Sequence record: DRR378314_1793
Length of the DNA: 57,780 nt
Strand: one strand, 5' to 3'
The notes below the pieces were generated by a model. The model did not search any database, was not told where the DNA came from, and was given only the letters and a program-made list of their open reading frames with translations. Made by a program: the position numbers and the translations under genes. Below are positions 24,556-37,100 of the stretch, one piece after another (the first letter of the stretch is position 1; the number at the start of each line of letters is the position of its first letter).

Positions 24556-24582
24556 AAAAAAAGCAGCCGAAGCTGCTTTTTT
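24556..24582 (-). terminator. Intrinsic terminator after astD
   Basis: AAAAAAAGCAGC-CGAA-GCTGCTTTTTT (UUCG loop on the minus strand). Confidence 0.9.
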
Positions 24583-24612
24583 AATTATTTAGTACCAAAC
24601 TAGAGCACAATA

Positions 24613-26097
<1,485 letters not shown>

Positions 26098-27114
26098 TTA
26101 TAAGCTTGTTGCGGTAACGGTATCGCCCGCTTGTAAATGAAGTGCGTCTGCCATTGCTTGTGGCAATGTAAGCTCTGCACTTGTCGCATCGAAGTTTAAC
26201 TGTGCGACAGTTGCTCTAAAGTCATTTAATTTATCATTCGCTAGCATTACTGGCGTGTCACCGCTGTTTTCACCAATTTTTACGGTAAAGTTTTTGGCAT
26301 TACGAATAGTCGCAATATTACCTACTTTCGCTTCAACAGTCGGGCCCGCATCAAAAATATCAACGTAGCCATTAAAGGTGAAGCCTTCACTTTTTAATAA
26401 CTCAATTGCTGGGCGTGTATTGTTATGGACTTTGCCAATCACTTCTTGTGCACCTTTACTTAACAGGTTCACGTAAATTGGGTATTTAGGCATTAGTTCA
26501 GCAATAAACACTTTTTGGCCAATGCCAGTTAGGTAATCTGCCGTTGGGAAATCCATTGAGAAAAAGTGCTCTTCAAGCCATTGCCAAAATGGGCTATCAC
26601 CATTTTCATTCGATACACCACGCATTTCTGCAATAACTGTTTCAGCGAAACGCTGCTGATGTTGTTTTATAAACATAAAGCGTGCTTTTGACAGCAGTTT
26701 ACCGTTATTATTTTTACGGTAACCATCTTTCAAAAATAACGTGCACAATTCAGTAGCGCCGGTGTAATCGTTACAGAGCGTTAAAATATCAACCGCTTTG
26801 TATACATCAAGCGTACGTGATGAGTGAATCACTTTACTTAAATGATAATGGTAAAATGCATCATCTAAACCTACAGCGGCTTCAATAGCCGAAGTTCCGA
26901 CGACTTCACCTGTTTCGCTATCTTCAAGAACAAACAAGTAACCTTCATCACCCGGGTGAGATGCACTTTTTGCGAATGAGCTTAATGAATGGTCTATTTT
27001 CTTTTGTAATAACGCTTCGTTATTCGGTAAAGACGTAAAGCCATGGCCCGATTCGTGGGCTATTTTCAATAAAGCTGGGTAATCACATTGCTGGATTGGG
27101 CGAAGGATCATCAT
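26098..27114 (-). CDS. astA: Arginine N-succinyltransferase
   Basis: GFTSLP, ELCTLFL, AEMRG, SPFW, ELMPKYPIY, YVDIFDAGP. Confidence 0.96.
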   Translation of the reverse strand: MMILRPIQQCDYPALLKIAHESGHGFTSLPNNEALLQKKIDHSLSSFAKSASHPGDEGYLFVLEDSETGEVVGTSAIEAAVGLDDAFYHYHLSKVIHSSRTLDVYKAVDILTLCNDYTGATELCTLFLKDGYRKNNNGKLLSKARFMFIKQHQQRFAETVIAEMRGVSNENGDSPFWQWLEEHFFSMDFPTADYLTGIGQKVFIAELMPKYPIYVNLLSKGAQEVIGKVHNNTRPAIELLKSEGFTFNGYVDIFDAGPTVEAKVGNIATIRNAKNFTVKIGENSGDTPVMLANDKLNDFRATVAQLNFDATSAELTLPQAMADALHLQAGDTVTATSL

Positions 27115-27200
27115 GAGTCCGCTTGCTCCCTTATATATAACGGTAAATTAGAATGTCAGGGCAAGCTTGCTACTTGCCCTAAATAAGATGAGACGGGTAA

Positions 27201-28454
<1,254 letters not shown>

Positions 28455-28921
28455 TTATAAACTTCACCACATGTTCAATGATGCAAATCAGCATAGCCTA
28501 AATTTAAAAAAAGACTCTCTGGTTCAATTTTCAGGTAACCATTATTTCAGAGTTTAACGCTATTGTCTCTTATAAAACTTTCATGAAACCCTTGTAAATA
28601 AAGGGATTGAGATATTATTTCATAGATAGTGAATAACTATTTGCAGTGAGCGCTTGTTTCTTTTTTAGAGCATCAAGCCGCTCTGTAACTCACTGCAGGA
28701 GTCTGTCACATTGAAATAGTGGAGAAAGAATGGACTGAATGATGAATGAATAGTCGCAAAAAAATTAACAATTATTTTATAATTAGTTGAGTTTTAGTCT
28801 GTAAAAATAAAAATATTGCATGATTACGTTCAGAACTGCTGTAATCATATAGGCACAATTACCGATAGCAGAGCCAAAGTCAGGCTGGCTTTGCATCAAC
28901 GCGGTCAATCGTAGCGTGTGA

Positions 28922-30082
28922 TCAATCTAATTTAATATGGAAGTTCTGTAAATTAACCTTCTCTAAATGCTGCAACTCAGCTTTAGAAAAGTCTATATAC
29001 TCAAACCACCGCTGTGCCTCATCGCTTTCAACCAATTGGTGCTCTGTAAGCGTAACATACTGCGAGTAACAGCGCGCTTTTTGCATTACCGCTGTTAAAG
29101 GCAACAGTGAATCGCCTTTTGCAAGCCCTGTAGTCAATTGCTCCATCACATAGTTAAAAGGCAAATAGCGAAATGCCATTTTTTCAATTACCTTTGCTGT
29201 TATTTTTAATGATTGCTCGCTGAGTAACGTACTCAAAAACAAAGGATCTGGCTTTAATTCTAGCAGTGCTGTATGTAAGTCTTTATGTTGTTCTTCTCTG
29301 GCTAAAGTGACTTTACGACGCCAAACTAATTCAAATGTACGCAAATACAAGCGAACCAATGCTATTTTGCCAACATCTAATAACATCCCGAGCGTAAAGG
29401 CATGAATTTCATTAACGCCATTTAATTTTGCAATTTCTTGTGCGGCAATTGCACATGCCATTGAATTATCACGCAGGCGACGTTTAAGTAATGGGAAAGG
29501 CTCTGTGCTATGCGGCATCCAATGGCGAACAGCAAATGTTGGCACCACAAACTTTAAGTTATCAAGGCCTATGTATCGTAATGCAAGTGAAGGGCTGTCG
29601 ACCTTAACTGAGGTGTGCTTATTACGCTGCTTGCGATAGTAGGGTAAGTTTACAAAAGTGACGAGCTCGCGCCCTAACCAACTCAAATCGTTTACAAGGG
29701 GCTCCAAACGACCGACAGACGCAGACTTAACAGACAAGATATCTAAAATAGCAGGCACATTATCTTCAATACCAATTGTTTCATGTAATACACTGTCTAT
29801 ATCAGCAAGCTGTTTTTTCATTGCAGCTTCAATTGCATTATGTAGCTGCTGACTAGCCTGTGCGCGGTACTTATGGTGTGCTGTGCTCGTCTCTTTACGT
29901 TTCGTATGCGCCGCCATTTCTACTTCAAGTAATGTACGCTGCTTTATCGGCTCACCGTAATTGATCTCAAGCGTATGAATATAACCAATTTGACGTTGCG
30001 CAAAGTTATGACCAAGCAATAAGTCATGTGCTCGCTGCTCTAAAACATTGGCTGTGATCTGTTGGCGCTTGATGTCTGTCAT
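28922..30082 (-). CDS. HDOD domain protein
   Basis: ALRYIGLDNL, ACAIAAQEIA, AFTLGMLLDVGK (HDOD pattern with His replaced by Leu). Confidence 0.75.
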   Translation of the reverse strand: MTDIKRQQITANVLEQRAHDLLLGHNFAQRQIGYIHTLEINYGEPIKQRTLLEVEMAAHTKRKETSTAHHKYRAQASQQLHNAIEAAMKKQLADIDSVLHETIGIEDNVPAILDILSVKSASVGRLEPLVNDLSWLGRELVTFVNLPYYRKQRNKHTSVKVDSPSLALRYIGLDNLKFVVPTFAVRHWMPHSTEPFPLLKRRLRDNSMACAIAAQEIAKLNGVNEIHAFTLGMLLDVGKIALVRLYLRTFELVWRRKVTLAREEQHKDLHTALLELKPDPLFLSTLLSEQSLKITAKVIEKMAFRYLPFNYVMEQLTTGLAKGDSLLPLTAVMQKARCYSQYVTLTEHQLVESDEAQRWFEYIDFSKAELQHLEKVNLQNFHIKLD

Positions 30083-30132
30083 TTAATCTTTTCTTTAATA
30101 AATAAGCGGAGAACGGTAAATTAACCCTAAGC

Positions 30133-30714
30133 CTAGAACCGAGTTAAAAAGTTGGCAAGTAATTCAAGCCCTTGTTCTGTTAATATTGCTTCAGGATGAA
30201 ACTGCACCCCTTCTAAAGCAAGCTCTTTGTGCGCAAGCCCCATTATATACTCAAAGTCACCTGTTTGTGTTTGTGTCCATGCTGTTATATCAAGTTCAGC
30301 GGGTAACCCTTGTGGCTCAACAACCAATGAGTGGTAGCGACATACGGTTAACGGCTGTGCTAAGCCTTTAAAAACACCTTGCTCATGATGATATACCGGT
30401 GATGTTTTACCATGCATAACCTGTTTTGCGCGCACAACATTTGCACCTAATGCTTGGGCAATGGTTTGGTGCCCAAGGCAAATACCTAGCACAGGAAAAA
30501 CACCTTTTAATTGTTTCACCACATCGAGCGATATACCCGCCTCATTCGGCGAACATGGTCCTGGTGAAATAACAACATGCTGCGGCTTTAATTGTTTTAT
30601 CTGCGATATTGTTAACTCATCATTGCGCTTTACCAACACTTCTTGATCTAGGCGTTGAAAGTATTGCACCAAGTTATAAGTGAACGAGTCATAATTATCG
30701 ATCATCAACAGCAT
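30133..30714 (-). CDS. pabA: Aminodeoxychorismate/anthranilate synthase glutamine amidotransferase subunit
   Basis: [32 protein letters not shown]. Confidence 0.9.
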   Translation of the reverse strand: MLLMIDNYDSFTYNLVQYFQRLDQEVLVKRNDELTISQIKQLKPQHVVISPGPCSPNEAGISLDVVKQLKGVFPVLGICLGHQTIAQALGANVVRAKQVMHGKTSPVYHHEQGVFKGLAQPLTVCRYHSLVVEPQGLPAELDITAWTQTQTGDFEYIMGLAHKELALEGVQFHPEAILTEQGLELLANFLTRF

Positions 30715-30860
30715 GAATTAAGTAACCCAAAAACAACATCAGAATAATGGGATGGCATTCTATCTTAATCACTGACAAGTTGCAGTGTATTGTCTTCTAA
30801 AAACATTCGAGATCTGTAAACAGTACCTGCTTGGAGACTCACGAGCTAAAGGCCTTAAAG

Positions 30861-31259
30861 CTATTCACTCATGACTAAATGCGCTGACAAAGCATCTCTT
30901 TCAGCTTTTGATAGCGCAACAGAACACTTACTTTCAAAGTCATAACGCACCATTACGGTTTTGCCTACAGCACAACATTGCCCTTGTTGATAAGCCTCTT
31001 GGCGAATAACAAAAGAGCTTGAACCAATATGCTCAATTGTGGATTTAACTTCAACGTCGTGACCATAAAAAAGCTCACCGACAAAACTTACTTCTACTTT
31101 AGCTATGATCAATTTCCATTCGTGAGGATTCAGATCTGGTGTAAAAAATTTGAAAATAGGCGCTCGAGCAGCTTCAAACCATACCGGTAGTACGGTATTG
31201 TTGATGTGTCCTAGTACATCGGTTTCGCTAAAGCGCGGTGTAATTTTTTCTACAAACAT
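30861..31259 (-). CDS. 4HBT/hotdog acyl-CoA thioesterase
   Basis: RFSETDVLGHINN, WFEAAR, IGSSSF. Confidence 0.88.
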   Translation of the reverse strand: MFVEKITPRFSETDVLGHINNTVLPVWFEAARAPIFKFFTPDLNPHEWKLIIAKVEVSFVGELFYGHDVEVKSTIEHIGSSSFVIRQEAYQQGQCCAVGKTVMVRYDFESKCSVALSKAERDALSAHLVMSE

Positions 31260-31282
31260 AATAATTCCAATAAAGGCAGCTC

Positions 31283-31987
31283 ATGACGGACTTTATTCGC
31301 GTTTACGATAACGCCCTAAGCAATGAATTTTGTGATAACTTTATCACGCTCTTTGAACAAAGCCCGCATCTAAAACAAGGTATGACTTCAGGCGGTGTAG
31401 ATTTAGCTAAAAAGGACAGCCAAGATCTACATTTATATAATTATCCTGAATATTCAGAGCAACTAAAACACATTCAGCAGACCACTGCAGGCTATGTATT
31501 TAAATACCTTGAAGAACATATTTTCATGATGATTGGTGCATTTGGACTAAAAGTGTATCACCCAAAAACAGGCGTGCCGACCGATTTAACGCAAGCTAAC
31601 TTTGATGAAATTGGCAAACCTCAACTGCCTTTATTAGTGCAGCAGATTTTTCGCCTGGGCAATATTCAAGCGCAAAAATACGAGACAAGCAAAGGCGGCT
31701 ACCCTTATTGGCATAGTGAAGTTTACCCACAGGCTGGGCATAACGAAGCGCTGCACCGAGTGTTACTCTTTATGTTTTACCTGAACGATGTTGAAGAAGG
31801 TGGCGAGACTGAGTTTTACTATCAACAACGTAAAATTTCACCAAAAAAAGGGACCATGGTCATTGCTCCGGGCTATTTTACCCATACTCACCGTGGCAAC
31901 AAGCCCATCTCTAACGATAAGTATATTTTGACTTCATGGGTGATGTTTAACCGTGCAGAGCAAATATACGGGACTCCGCAGAGCTAA
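31283..31987 (+). CDS. 2OG-Fe(II) oxygenase (prolyl-hydroxylase-like)
   Basis: WHSE (H-x-E), FYLNDVEEGGETEF, HTHRG distal His, KYILTSW. Confidence 0.88.
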   Translation: MTDFIRVYDNALSNEFCDNFITLFEQSPHLKQGMTSGGVDLAKKDSQDLHLYNYPEYSEQLKHIQQTTAGYVFKYLEEHIFMMIGAFGLKVYHPKTGVPTDLTQANFDEIGKPQLPLLVQQIFRLGNIQAQKYETSKGGYPYWHSEVYPQAGHNEALHRVLLFMFYLNDVEEGGETEFYYQQRKISPKKGTMVIAPGYFTHTHRGNKPISNDKYILTSWVMFNRAEQIYGTPQS

Positions 31988-32000
31988 ACGAACGGTAAGC

Positions 32001-32041
32001 GGTAAGCCAAAAATCTACTCAATTCAGATTTTTGGCTTACC
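32001..32041. terminator. 16-bp perfect inverted repeat between convergent genes
   Basis: GGTAAGCCAAAAATCT-ACTCAATTC-AGATTTTTGGCTTACC; no flanking U-tract. Confidence 0.55.
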
Positions 32042-32085
32042 AAGCACTCTGGTCGCTTAAAACTTACAGCTTATAACTTATAGCT

Positions 32086-33324
32086 CTAAAATAATTGATC
32101 AAACAAATCAAACAGCTGATCAAGTTCTTCAATAGTGTTGTAATGCATACAACCGATGCGAACTACACCGCCTTTGTCTAAAACACCTAATTGCTCACAC
32201 AAGCCCTGAGCGTAAAAGTTACCATCCCACACACAGATATGCTGTTTACCTAAAAACTCAGACACTTGGCGCGGTTCAAGCCCTTCAAATGTCAGAGCGA
32301 AAGTAGGTGTGCGCTCTGATAAACGTTCTAAATCATCAATACCAAACAGCTTGATTTTAGGATAATTGACCAGACGTGTTAGGAAGTGCTCACTTAGTGC
32401 CATTTCATGTTGTTTAGTCTTAACAAAAGCCGAAGCTAATTTTTCGCGGCGTGAATAACTATCATCAAGCTCACTAATGTCAGCAATATAATCAACCGCA
32501 GCAATTAAACCTGCGAGTGCTTCAAAGCTTTGCGTGCCGGTTTCCCAGCGCCCTGGAATAATATCCTTAGCAGGTTCAACCTTGTAAGGTGTAAACCCCT
32601 CAAGGTGCTCACGCTTACCATAGACCATGCCCAAATGCGGGCCAAAAAACTTATACGCAGAACACGCTAAAAAATCACAATCTAGCGCTTGCACGTCAAC
32701 CAATTCATGCGGTGCATAATGCACAGCGTCAACATAAACCAATGCACCCACTTCATGAGCCATCGCAACAATACGTTGAATATCGTTAATTGACCCAGTG
32801 GTATTTGATGCGTAAGTTACAGCTACAAGCTTGGTGTTGGTATTTAGTAAGCTGGCAAAATGTGCTAAATCTAGGCTGCAATCCGCTTCATTGATACGTG
32901 CTGCATTAACTTTCACGCCTTTATCTTGTGCTGCTTGTTGCCACGACGATACATTTGAAAAGTGGTCAGCATTGGTCACGATGATTTCATCACCCGCTTG
33001 CCATTCACGTGAAATTGCGCGGCTAAAGCTAAATGTTAAACTGGTCATATTCGCGCCAAATACGATTTGATCGCGAGAAGGGGCATTTAATAAATCAGCC
33101 GCTGCTTGGCGCGCATTAGCCATTAGCTCAACGGTTTTATCGCTTGAGAAAAACGCGCCGCCTAAGTTAGAGTTGTAATAACCTAAGTAAGCCGACATTG
33201 CACTAAGCACTGATTGCGGTACTTGCGAACCACCCGGGCCATCTAAAAATATAGGTGACTTACCAGCAACTTGTTGCATTAATGCCGGAAATTGACGGCG
33301 TAGTTTAGTTAAATTCATTGCCAT
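32086..33324 (-). CDS. Class-V PLP enzyme, 'cysteine desulfurase-like' (VC1184-type) family
   Basis: LDGPGGSQVP, DAVHY, CSAYKFFGP (PLP Lys), ETGT; WDGNFYA where SufS has RxGHHCA. Confidence 0.85.
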   Translation of the reverse strand: MAMNLTKLRRQFPALMQQVAGKSPIFLDGPGGSQVPQSVLSAMSAYLGYYNSNLGGAFFSSDKTVELMANARQAAADLLNAPSRDQIVFGANMTSLTFSFSRAISREWQAGDEIIVTNADHFSNVSSWQQAAQDKGVKVNAARINEADCSLDLAHFASLLNTNTKLVAVTYASNTTGSINDIQRIVAMAHEVGALVYVDAVHYAPHELVDVQALDCDFLACSAYKFFGPHLGMVYGKREHLEGFTPYKVEPAKDIIPGRWETGTQSFEALAGLIAAVDYIADISELDDSYSRREKLASAFVKTKQHEMALSEHFLTRLVNYPKIKLFGIDDLERLSERTPTFALTFEGLEPRQVSEFLGKQHICVWDGNFYAQGLCEQLGVLDKGGVVRIGCMHYNTIEELDQLFDLFDQLF

Positions 33325-33327
33325 TCC

Positions 33328-33960
33328 TTAAGCCGTTAATACAAAACAGTCTAGGTAACCGTCTTTACTTGCGTCAATTTTATTCATTGGTGTAGCGTTG
33401 TGCCATACCTCACGGTCATTGATCAGTGCAAACATGCCATCTTTAATTTCCATTTTAAAACACGGCTCAGCCTGTTTATTTTCATAAACAAGTAATTCAC
33501 CGCCCTCTAAATTTTCATGTGATACACCACAAATGCACACGTGATCAAAGCCATCTTGATGAATACCTTCTGGCGCAGGAGGCGTATCGCTTTCAATAGC
33601 AAGCATTCTAAATTGGTGAATTTCAATACCACGCTCTTCGTCTATCCCTGTAATCGCGCGAAACTCATTAACGATACTTTTCATACCGTCACTTTGCAGT
33701 AAGCTCTGCTCTAAGTTCTCATAAGTACGTTCTACATTGCCTTGGAAGGTATTGATTGAATCATCTTGTACAAAGGCTTTCGTAGCTTGTAAAACAAGTT
33801 CATCATTTTGCACTTTAATTACTGAATAACGACGTTTACGAAACGCACCATCGGCATAAGGGTTAGCTGGAAGATTAGCAAATGATGGCTTTACCGCCTC
33901 GATATGAGCTTGGTTTACAAAACGAAGTTGCAATAGGTTCTGGTTGTTTAATGCTGTCAT
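33328..33960 (-). CDS. 2OG-Fe dioxygenase (BsmA/isoleucine-hydroxylase-like family)
   Basis: RKRRYS, IHQFR, PAPEGIHQDG (H-x-D), VWHNATP. Confidence 0.8.
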   Translation of the reverse strand: MTALNNQNLLQLRFVNQAHIEAVKPSFANLPANPYADGAFRKRRYSVIKVQNDELVLQATKAFVQDDSINTFQGNVERTYENLEQSLLQSDGMKSIVNEFRAITGIDEERGIEIHQFRMLAIESDTPPAPEGIHQDGFDHVCICGVSHENLEGGELLVYENKQAEPCFKMEIKDGMFALINDREVWHNATPMNKIDASKDGYLDCFVLTA

Positions 33961-34113
33961 AAAATATCACCTAAAAAATAAGAGACTAACTCATAAATAA
34001 TGAGGGGGATTTTAATGCAAGTAGAGAGGAATTTTTGCGTCTTTATTTAATTAAAGGCGTTTAAAAGTATAAAAGTAAGATCTAAATGTGGGTTTTATTG
34101 AATTTTTAATTTA

Positions 34114-34149
34114 AAAATAAAAACAGCCGCATTATGCGGCTATTTTATT
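34114..34149 (-). terminator. Intrinsic terminator after the giant lipoprotein gene
   Basis: AGCCGCAT-T-ATGCGGCT stem followed by a T-rich run on the minus strand. Confidence 0.7.
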
Positions 34150-34178
34150 AGGTTAGTGTTATAAAGCTCATCTGCTAG

Positions 34179-37100
34179 TTACGGCATAATTGTACTGAGC
34201 TGAATTTTATCTTGCTCTTGACAAGTATTACCCTTTAAGTACTTACAAACAGTAATGCTTTCACGGTCGTTATCAAGCAGCTCAACTAAAGTATCCTGTC
34301 CATTTTCAACAAACGACAGCTTACCATCGACTAGCATCATTTCTATTGCAGGTTGCTCAGCAATTTGAATGGTGTAACTTGTCCTATCTTCAGAGTCGCT
34401 AGAAAGCATCCAAGTACTTCCATCGGGCTTATAGAGTGTCACGGTCGAATTTTGTAAATTATACTCTTCAAATTGCTCAACCTTAGTAGAAGGCGAGAAA
34501 TCATGAACATAAAGGTGTGCATAACTTTTTTCTAACGAGCCAGTCTCGTCATTATGCATACTTGTAATTCTTTCTACATAATAACGGTTATCATCTGCTG
34601 CTATTAATTTATAAACAAACTCATAATAAAGTATGCAGTTTGGTTGAGCTGTATCGCATGCTTCTACTATATTATAGTTTTCATCTAGATATAAAGTACG
34701 TACAAAACGATTATTTACAAAGTCCCCAGTAATAGAACTTTTACTAAATAAGAAAAAAAGTGTCCCATCTTCATAAAGTTGGAAATCAGACCAGTGACTA
34801 TCAACATCATGTCCATCCCGAAATTCATGTCTACCGATGAAGTTACCTGCGTTAACATCCACTTCATTACGACGAACCATCATAATTGAATCAGTATAAG
34901 TACCATCTTGATCGCTGCCTTTTACCGCAGCCTGATAGCCCACATTAATATCTTTTGTCATATAAAGATTATCAACATTGCCATCTTGTGCATTGTTCAA
35001 CACCAAGGTACCTTCTAAAAACTGCCATGAGAATGTTTCGACTTCATCGGTAGCTAAGTTAACCGTTGTACCTGTCATGTCACTATTAAAGGTAACATTT
35101 AATGTACTATCATCATATTCCGTTTTAACTGACCAATCACCAATGATGTCAGATTCAGTAATGGTTAAAAAGTCAGCATTTAAATAAGCATATACATTCG
35201 CACTTTCTGTTGAACTTCTAATCCAAATATCATCTTCGAAATGATCGTAAGTCACTGTCATCCATTGCCAGCCTTTACCCTTTTCAGGCATACCTACCAG
35301 CTTTATTTGACTTATTTCCAGACGGTTTTGTGTTTCGACTTGTTGGCCATCAACATCTTTGAAACCAACAAACTCTCTAACTACAATTGAATCTATCGGG
35401 GCTACCTCAACTCCTTCTGCAGTCTTATACCAGCTTATAGCACTCGCGCCATTGTAGGTAAACAGCCCGGCTCCCCCCTCATCTAATGTTAAGCCATATG
35501 CTTGAGCAAAATACAAATCACTGTTGTTCAACATATAGTCATTTGCACTTAAGGATTGTGGTTTGAAGGTTGCGTTGATCCCACAATCCATATTTCCAGC
35601 AAGTGCAATGTAGTGATTACCCTCAACGTAGCCATCACAACCTTCAATTGCGTCTAAAACGAAACCGTCGCTAGGAATGATTTCAAATCCAACTTTTTGA
35701 TAGAAAAATGACGCTTGTGATGCGGGTGAAATTTCACCATTACCATTTGAGTTAGCAGTAAGGGTAACTTTAGGGCGCTTTGGTAAGTAAGTAATTTGTG
35801 ATGCAGCATTACATGTACCGCCGTCTTTATAGTGGCAAACAACAATGCTATCGGTATCTGATGAAACAAGTTCGAAATGCCACTTTTCACCATTTCGGTC
35901 ATAACTTAACACACCGTCATTAAAGGTTGCGCCAGTATAGGTCTGGCCCTCTAATTCTATAGCGTATGTTACATTACCGTTTTCGTCATATTCAGCGTAT
36001 ACTCTGTCGGTTTGTCCATCAGCTGAATAAAACTCAGTGTAATTCTCTAATAGCTCTTCGGTAAATGCGCTGTAGCTTAAATCTTTGCTATATTCATAAA
36101 CTAATATCGCGCCATCTTGAGAGCTAATCTCACCATTTGGTGAGTAGTAATTAATAGTTCGGTTTATATAAAAAAGGTTATCAACAATACTAATAAACTC
36201 GTGAATCATTTCACTATTAAGATAACAGCTTGCATCAAAGCCTTCACATGATGTAACAACCTCATTGTTATAAATGAAGCGCTTACGTATAAACTGACCA
36301 TCTTCTAAATGCCCTTGCCAGTCAGTAATACCCAAACCAATCATGGTTGTGCCATCGCTATGAATATTTAAATCATACGATTGAGACGTGCCGATAAACC
36401 CATGCCAGCGACCAACTAAATCTTCGTTCGTCGTGGTAACAGCTTGTTTCTTAATTAATAGTCCCGTTAGGGTGTCGCTCGGTTCATCAAAGCTCGTATC
36501 AAGACCAACTAATTGATAACCGCCACTTAATGCTTTTGTAAACCAAAGCTCAAGCTGCCCTGTTTCACCATCTTCATCATAGTTAACAGTTAAGCTGTGG
36601 CTGTTTAGCTGCCAAGTAAATGCTTCGCTGCTGTTACTACCAACATCGCCTGTACCATCAGCATAGAATTGCAGGGTTTCAGGTAGGTCAGGATCGTCAC
36701 TAGTATCGTAATCATTCTCATACGCATGAAATGCCCACTCACCTATAAGCTGCTCAGCTAATAATGAAATGGTTTTATTTTTATATATTAGATTCGTAGT
36801 GTACGTTTCATCTTCTTCGGTCGTCTTTGTGACTGAGCCGGAGTTTCTATCAATTATCATTCGCTCTGTTGAGCGCGTGATCTCGATGGTTCTAAATACA
36901 TCGTTTTCAGCTAATACTAAAAAACTAAGCCCTGTTAAAACTAAAGACTCAGAACTTTCAGCATCTGAATTTTGATAAATCGTAACCTCTTTATCAAACG
37001 CTAATGTATACACACCCTCATTTTCAGACCAAGTGATAGCACTACTGGTATTAGCGCTAAACTCACCGCTACCATCAGCCATTAGGCTTAAGTGAAACGC

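Noticed and set aside
28607-28646. ArgR-box-like sequences upstream of astC
   Set aside because: Half-site spacing does not fit the TGAAT-N4-ATTCA core; too weak in AT-rich DNA
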